From: an uncultured archaeon
Lineage (GTDB): Archaea > Asgardarchaeota > Lokiarchaeia > Sigyniarchaeales > SOKP01
Direction: 5' to 3'
Assembly (NCBI GenBank): GCA_964583985.1
Contig: CAZOYD010000080.1
Coordinates: forward strand, 3,224 to 14,606
DNA length: 11,383 nucleotides
The position numbers were made by a program, and so were the translations under genes. The notes under the pieces are model-generated. The model did no database searches. It saw only the letters and a list, made by a program, of their open reading frames with translations, and had not been told where the DNA came from. Shown here one piece after another: positions 7,413-11,383 of the stretch. Each line of letters starts with the position of its first letter. Within the stretch, counting starts at the first letter, position 1.

Positions 7413-8189
7413 ATGAGATTAAAAGATAAAGTAGTAGTACTTACAGGTGCTGCTTCCGGTATTGGAAAGGCAACAGCGGAATTGTTTGCAAAAGAAGGTG
7501 CAATTCTAATAATTTCAGATATTGATGAGATTGGACTAAAAAAGACCTTTGATTCCTTAGGAGATGCAAAAAATAAATCATTCATGATGAAAGTTGATGT
7601 GAGAAATCCCTCGGAAGTAAAAGCAATGATTGAGAAAGCAATTGAATTGCATGGTAAAATTGACGTTCTCATTGTAAATGCAGGAGTTGTTAGAGTGGGG
7701 CCAGTTGATACGTTTCCAGATGAGGATTATGACTTATTAATTAATGTAAACTTAAAAGGAACCCATTATACGTGTAAATATGCCGTTCCTTACTTCAAAA
7801 AACAAAAAGTTGGCTCTATCATCACGCTTGCATCGGTAGCTGCACATATCGGGCAAACAGCTCATGCAAATTATTGTTCAACAAAAGCTGGTGTATTAGG
7901 ATACACAAGAGCTCTAGCGTTAGATATGGCACCATTCAATGTTCGAGTAAATAGTGTTTCTCCTGGAGCTACGGATACGCCCATGCTACAGGGCGATGTG
8001 GCTAAACAAGCAAGAGATCGAGGCTTATCTTATGAAGTAGTTAGAAAGGAATTTGAAGAGGAGGGAGTTATGGGAAGATGGGCCAAACCTGAAGAAATTG
8101 CAACTGGAATATTATTTTTGGCTACTGAAGAATCCTCTTATATGACAGGCGCAGATCTAAGATTAGATGGTGGTTGGACGACTAGATAA
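7413..8189 (+). CDS. Classical short-chain dehydrogenase/reductase (likely NAD-dependent)
   Basis: TGAASGIG, Asp after beta2 (SDID), NAG, ASV, catalytic YCSTK, VNSVSPG.TDTPM and DGG. It starts at ATG 7413 (or TTG 7410), a few nt after the M24 stop, so it is likely co-transcribed. Confidence 0.93.
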   Translation: MRLKDKVVVLTGAASGIGKATAELFAKEGAILIISDIDEIGLKKTFDSLGDAKNKSFMMKVDVRNPSEVKAMIEKAIELHGKIDVLIVNAGVVRVGPVDTFPDEDYDLLINVNLKGTHYTCKYAVPYFKKQKVGSIITLASVAAHIGQTAHANYCSTKAGVLGYTRALALDMAPFNVRVNSVSPGATDTPMLQGDVAKQARDRGLSYEVVRKEFEEEGVMGRWAKPEEIATGILFLATEESSYMTGADLRLDGGWTTR

Positions 8190-8240
8190 TTATTTAAGTT
8201 TATAAAATTTTAATTAATTTCATTTTAATATTTAAATTAT

Positions 8241-8990
8241 TTACATTGTCATTCCGCCGTCCACGAGTAAACTTACTCCGGTGCAGAACTCATTTAATAC
8301 CAAAAATAGGACACCTTCTGCGATTTCTTCTGGAGTGCCAAGACGTTTTAAAGGTTGACGATCTATATATACTTGCCTAATTTCGTTATAATTCCCCCCC
8401 TTGCTTTTAATTCGTTTTGCTAGTGAAGGTGAATCAGTAGTTCCCGGACATATCGCATTAACTCTAACTTTATCTTCCAAATAGTCCGTTGCCATAGCTC
8501 TAGTCATAGATAACACGGCCCCTTTAGAAGCCGTGTAAGCAACTCTATCTTTTACACCTTTAAATGCAACTGAAGAAGAATTATTTATAATCACCCCATG
8601 AGATTTTCTTATATAGGGGATTGCATATTTCGTCACTAAGTAAATACTACGGATGTTGACAGCCATAGTTCTATCCCAGTCTTCTGTAGAAATTGTATCG
8701 ATAGCTCCACCAAGCACAACTCCAGCATTATTGAACAAAATATCTATTTTACCATAAGTTTCTATGGTTTTTTCAATTATTCGCTTCGCTTCCTCTTCTA
8801 TTGAAACATCGGCTTGAACAAATATTGCATCTCCTCCAGATGATTTAATTCTCGAAGTAGTATTTTTTGCAGACGTAGATAATGAATTACAACACACTTT
8901 TGCACCCTCCTTTGCAAATAGAAGAGCAGTTGCTTCACCAATTCCAGCTCCAGCTCCCGTTACAATGGCAATTTTTCCTTTTAACTTCAT
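8241..8990 (-). CDS. Classical SDR, BDH2/DHRS6 / 2-keto-3-deoxy-L-fuconate dehydrogenase-like
   Basis: TGAGAGIG, NNAG and catalytic YTASK. Subfamily-like segments KGVKDRVAY and RVNAICPGTTDSPSLAKRI, then RQPLKRLGTPEEIA and DGGM. Confidence 0.88.
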   Translation of the reverse strand: MKLKGKIAIVTGAGAGIGEATALLFAKEGAKVCCNSLSTSAKNTTSRIKSSGGDAIFVQADVSIEEEAKRIIEKTIETYGKIDILFNNAGVVLGGAIDTISTEDWDRTMAVNIRSIYLVTKYAIPYIRKSHGVIINNSSSVAFKGVKDRVAYTASKGAVLSMTRAMATDYLEDKVRVNAICPGTTDSPSLAKRIKSKGGNYNEIRQVYIDRQPLKRLGTPEEIAEGVLFLVLNEFCTGVSLLVDGGMTM

Positions 8991-9116
8991 TATTCAAGGT
9001 TTATTTATTTTTTTAAAATTAATTTAACTTTGATTTTTATTTCATAAAACTTTAATGAAAAGAGAGGAATTAATTGATAAGGACTCATAAGATGGATTTG
9101 TAAGGACTTGACTTAA

Positions 9117-11054
9117 ATGAAATTAAGAATTAAAAATAACCAGATTATTGATGATGATGGGCGAATAATATTACTGAGAGGAGTAAATTTGGGAGGAAGT
9201 TCAAAAGTTCCCTTTACTCCTAATGGTGCAACCCATATTAAAACCGATTTTTCAGATCATAGAGATGTTTCATTTGTGGGTCGACCATTTCCTCTAAAAG
9301 ATGCGAATGAACATTTTTCACGATTAAAACATTGGGGTTTTAATTGTCTTAGATTCATAATAACGTGGGAGGCTATAGAACATGGTGGACCAAAAGAATA
9401 TGATAAAGAATATTTGGATTATATTGAAGAAATTCTAAAAATTGCTAAAGAATTTGGATTTTTCATAATTATAGATCCTCATCAAGATGTCTGGAGTAGA
9501 ATTACAGGAGGAGATGGAGCCCCTGGATGGACATTTGAAAAAGTGGGGTTGGATTATACCAAATTTGAAAGTTCAGAAGCATCCTTTGTAATGCAACTTA
9601 GATATGACCCTGATAACCTTGTAAAATACCCTCCGATGCATTGGATGGGGAATAAATATAGATTTGCGAACGGAACGATGTGGACTTTATTTTTTGGAGG
9701 GAATGATTTTGCACCTTCTTGTATAATTGATGGAAAAAACGCTCAAGATTATTTCCAGAATCATTTCTTTGATGCTATGAAAAAAATCGCATTTAGGTTA
9801 AAAGATAATTCAAATGTGTTAGGTTTTGATATATTAAATGAACCTCCTGAAGGATGGATTGGTAAATATGTTGATGGAAGTGAATGGGAAGGAAAATCTG
9901 AAGTATTGGGTCATGTCTTTACCCCTATTGATGCCATGTTATCTGGAGCAGGATATCCTAGGAATATTGGATACCAAGAAGTTAAACGGTTTGGCATTAA
10001 AGAAACGAGAAAAGATGAGTTAAATCGAGGTAAAATATCATGCTGGATGGAAGAAGTTGAAGATATCTGGAAAAACGAGGGCATATGGGGATTAGATGAG
10101 CTTGGAAATCCAAAGATTTTGAAAAACGAGTATTTTATCTATAAAAATGGAGAAAAAGTGGATTTCTACCGAGATTATTTTTCTCCTTTCCTCAAAGCTT
10201 ATTCTGAAGCTCTCCGAATAGAATTTCCAAGTGCAATGATATTTCTTACAGGACCCATGGAAAGCGTCATGAAAGGAGAGAGATTTGAATTGGAAATTCC
10301 ACCTAATAGCGTACATGCCGCGCATTGGTACGATGTTGCTACAACTGGTACAAAAAAGGCAATGCTTAAAGCTAATTATAATATAATTACTGGAAATCCA
10401 GTTATTGGCAAAAATAATGTGCGACAAATGTTCATTTCGCAATTAAAGAATATCCAAGAATATTCTAACTCTATCTTTAATGGCATTCCTACCATAATTG
10501 AGGAATTTGGATTACCATTTGATTTAAATAATAAAGAAGCTTATGAAAAACTAAAAACCGAGCCTGAAGAAGCGTGGAAAACGCACATTAAAGCATTAAA
10601 TAATTATTATAATGCGATTGATGCGAATTTATTACATGCATTGCAATGGAATTACACTCCCGATAATATAAACGAATGGGGAGATTTATGGAATTTAGAA
10701 GATTTATCAATATATAGCATCAACCAAAGAGTTAATCCCGAGGATATTAATAGTGGAGGAAGAGCAATTAAGGGATTTTGTCGTCCACACTTCATTTATT
10801 GTACTGGCATTCCAAAAAAAATGGAGTTTCAAATGAAGGAAGGAATTTTTTATTTTGAGTTTGATGGTGATCCTTCAATAAAAGGATCAACAATTCTTTT
10901 CATTCCAAAAATACATTATCCCAATGGTTATAATATTGTATTATCTGAGGGAGAAATACAAAAAGATGAAAAAAATCAATTAATAGCGATTAATATCAAA
11001 AAAGATGGAATCCATACCGTAAAAATAACAAAAATAATTAATATGCCCCAATAA
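9117..11054 (+). CDS. Glycoside hydrolase family 5, endoglycoceramidase-related (EGCrP / GH5_12-like) with C-terminal beta-sandwich; no signal peptide
   Basis: Motifs GRIILLRGVNLGGSSKVP, VSFVGRPFPL, WGFNCLRFIITWEAIEHGGP..YD.EYLDY, DPHQDVWSR.TGGDGAPGWT, TMWTLFFGGNDFAP, acid/base NEP (E242), HWYD, nucleophile EFG (E463), WNYTPDN...WGDLWNLEDLSIYS and GGRA...F.RP. Confidence 0.92.
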   Translation: MKLRIKNNQIIDDDGRIILLRGVNLGGSSKVPFTPNGATHIKTDFSDHRDVSFVGRPFPLKDANEHFSRLKHWGFNCLRFIITWEAIEHGGPKEYDKEYLDYIEEILKIAKEFGFFIIIDPHQDVWSRITGGDGAPGWTFEKVGLDYTKFESSEASFVMQLRYDPDNLVKYPPMHWMGNKYRFANGTMWTLFFGGNDFAPSCIIDGKNAQDYFQNHFFDAMKKIAFRLKDNSNVLGFDILNEPPEGWIGKYVDGSEWEGKSEVLGHVFTPIDAMLSGAGYPRNIGYQEVKRFGIKETRKDELNRGKISCWMEEVEDIWKNEGIWGLDELGNPKILKNEYFIYKNGEKVDFYRDYFSPFLKAYSEALRIEFPSAMIFLTGPMESVMKGERFELEIPPNSVHAAHWYDVATTGTKKAMLKANYNIITGNPVIGKNNVRQMFISQLKNIQEYSNSIFNGIPTIIEEFGLPFDLNNKEAYEKLKTEPEEAWKTHIKALNNYYNAIDANLLHALQWNYTPDNINEWGDLWNLEDLSIYSINQRVNPEDINSGGRAIKGFCRPHFIYCTGIPKKMEFQMKEGIFYFEFDGDPSIKGSTILFIPKIHYPNGYNIVLSEGEIQKDEKNQLIAINIKKDGIHTVKITKIINMPQ

Positions 11055-11066
11055 TTAAGATATCCT

Positions 11067-11383
11067 TTAATCCCAATTTAGATGAGAATAATTCAATTGT
11101 GTTACTTCTCCAAGTCCGTCTAAAATACTTTTTGTTCCTTCTTTTTTGTATACTTTCATTAATTCATCCATTGAAGTCATTCTCCCATTTTTAGCAGATA
11201 GATATGCCAAGAGAACTACCGCAACACCTTGTCTTGCCTCTTCTGGTGTAAAATCTGGTTTCTTATCTTCTAAAATGCATTGTGCAAAATATGCGTCTTC
11301 ATGACCCATTGAGATTTTATAATAATCAGGAAATGGTCCGTGCTCAATAATTGGACTATAATATGCTCCCTTTACTTCAGCAT
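11067..11383 (-). CDS. 3' end (partial) of a second Gfo/Idh/MocA oxidoreductase, paralogue of 5027..6148
   Basis: The frame stays open to the window edge: AEVKGAYYSPIIEHGPFPDYYKISMGHEDAYFAQCILEDKKPDFTPEEAR... It aligns with GKWYEPELEHGTFPTYYEISARIEDDHFTSCIINDKEPEFTPEQAK... The ATG at 11309 is internal. Confidence 0.9.
   Translation of the reverse strand, partial: AEVKGAYYSPIIEHGPFPDYYKISMGHEDAYFAQCILEDKKPDFTPEEARQGVAVVLLAYLSAKNGRMTSMDELMKVYKKEGTKSILDGLGEVTQLNYSHLNWD

Noticed and set aside
6887-7672. 63-aa and 99-aa minus-strand ORFs
   Set aside because: Antisense to the M24 and SDR genes. Antisense open frames are a common artefact of SDR genes.
8190-8240. Nearly pure-AT, loosely symmetric spacer between the convergent SDRs
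   Set aside because: The symmetry is imperfect and explained by composition. At most it is a bidirectional termination zone.
9838-10442. 61-aa and 116-aa ORFs within the GH5 gene
   Set aside because: Alternative-frame or antisense shadows.
1-11383. CRISPR arrays, tRNA/rRNA, transposases, tandem repeats, defence systems
   Set aside because: No regularly spaced repeats, GC-rich structured RNA segments, terminal inverted repeats or nuclease/recombinase motifs were seen by eye.

Overview
AT-rich (roughly 30% GC by eye), densely coding window. It is most likely from an Asgard archaeon (Lokiarchaeia/Promethearchaeota-like), inferred from a C-terminal IPGY-transmembrane-basic-tail sorting signal, TATA-like promoters and oligo-T terminators. 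It contains: (i) the 3' end of a membrane-anchored surface protein; (ii) a minus-strand four-gene operon of an HpnA/3beta-HSD-like extended SDR, a small protein, an atypical aldehyde dehydrogenase and a second small protein, where the two small 'hypotheticals' appear to be diverged paralogues with an SCP2 (sterol carrier)-like signature; (iii) an aKMT/FAM173-like methyltransferase; (iv) a 110-codon reading frame missed by the ORF track; (v) a catabolic cluster of two paralogous Gfo/Idh/MocA oxidoreductases, an M24-fold metalloenzyme with both substrate-binding His changed to Glu, two classical SDRs and a cytoplasmic EGCrP-type GH5 (glucosylceramidase/steryl-glucosidase family). The best candidate for an undescribed system is a glycolipid/glycoside-processing locus. 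No rRNA, tRNA, CRISPR or mobile element was seen.
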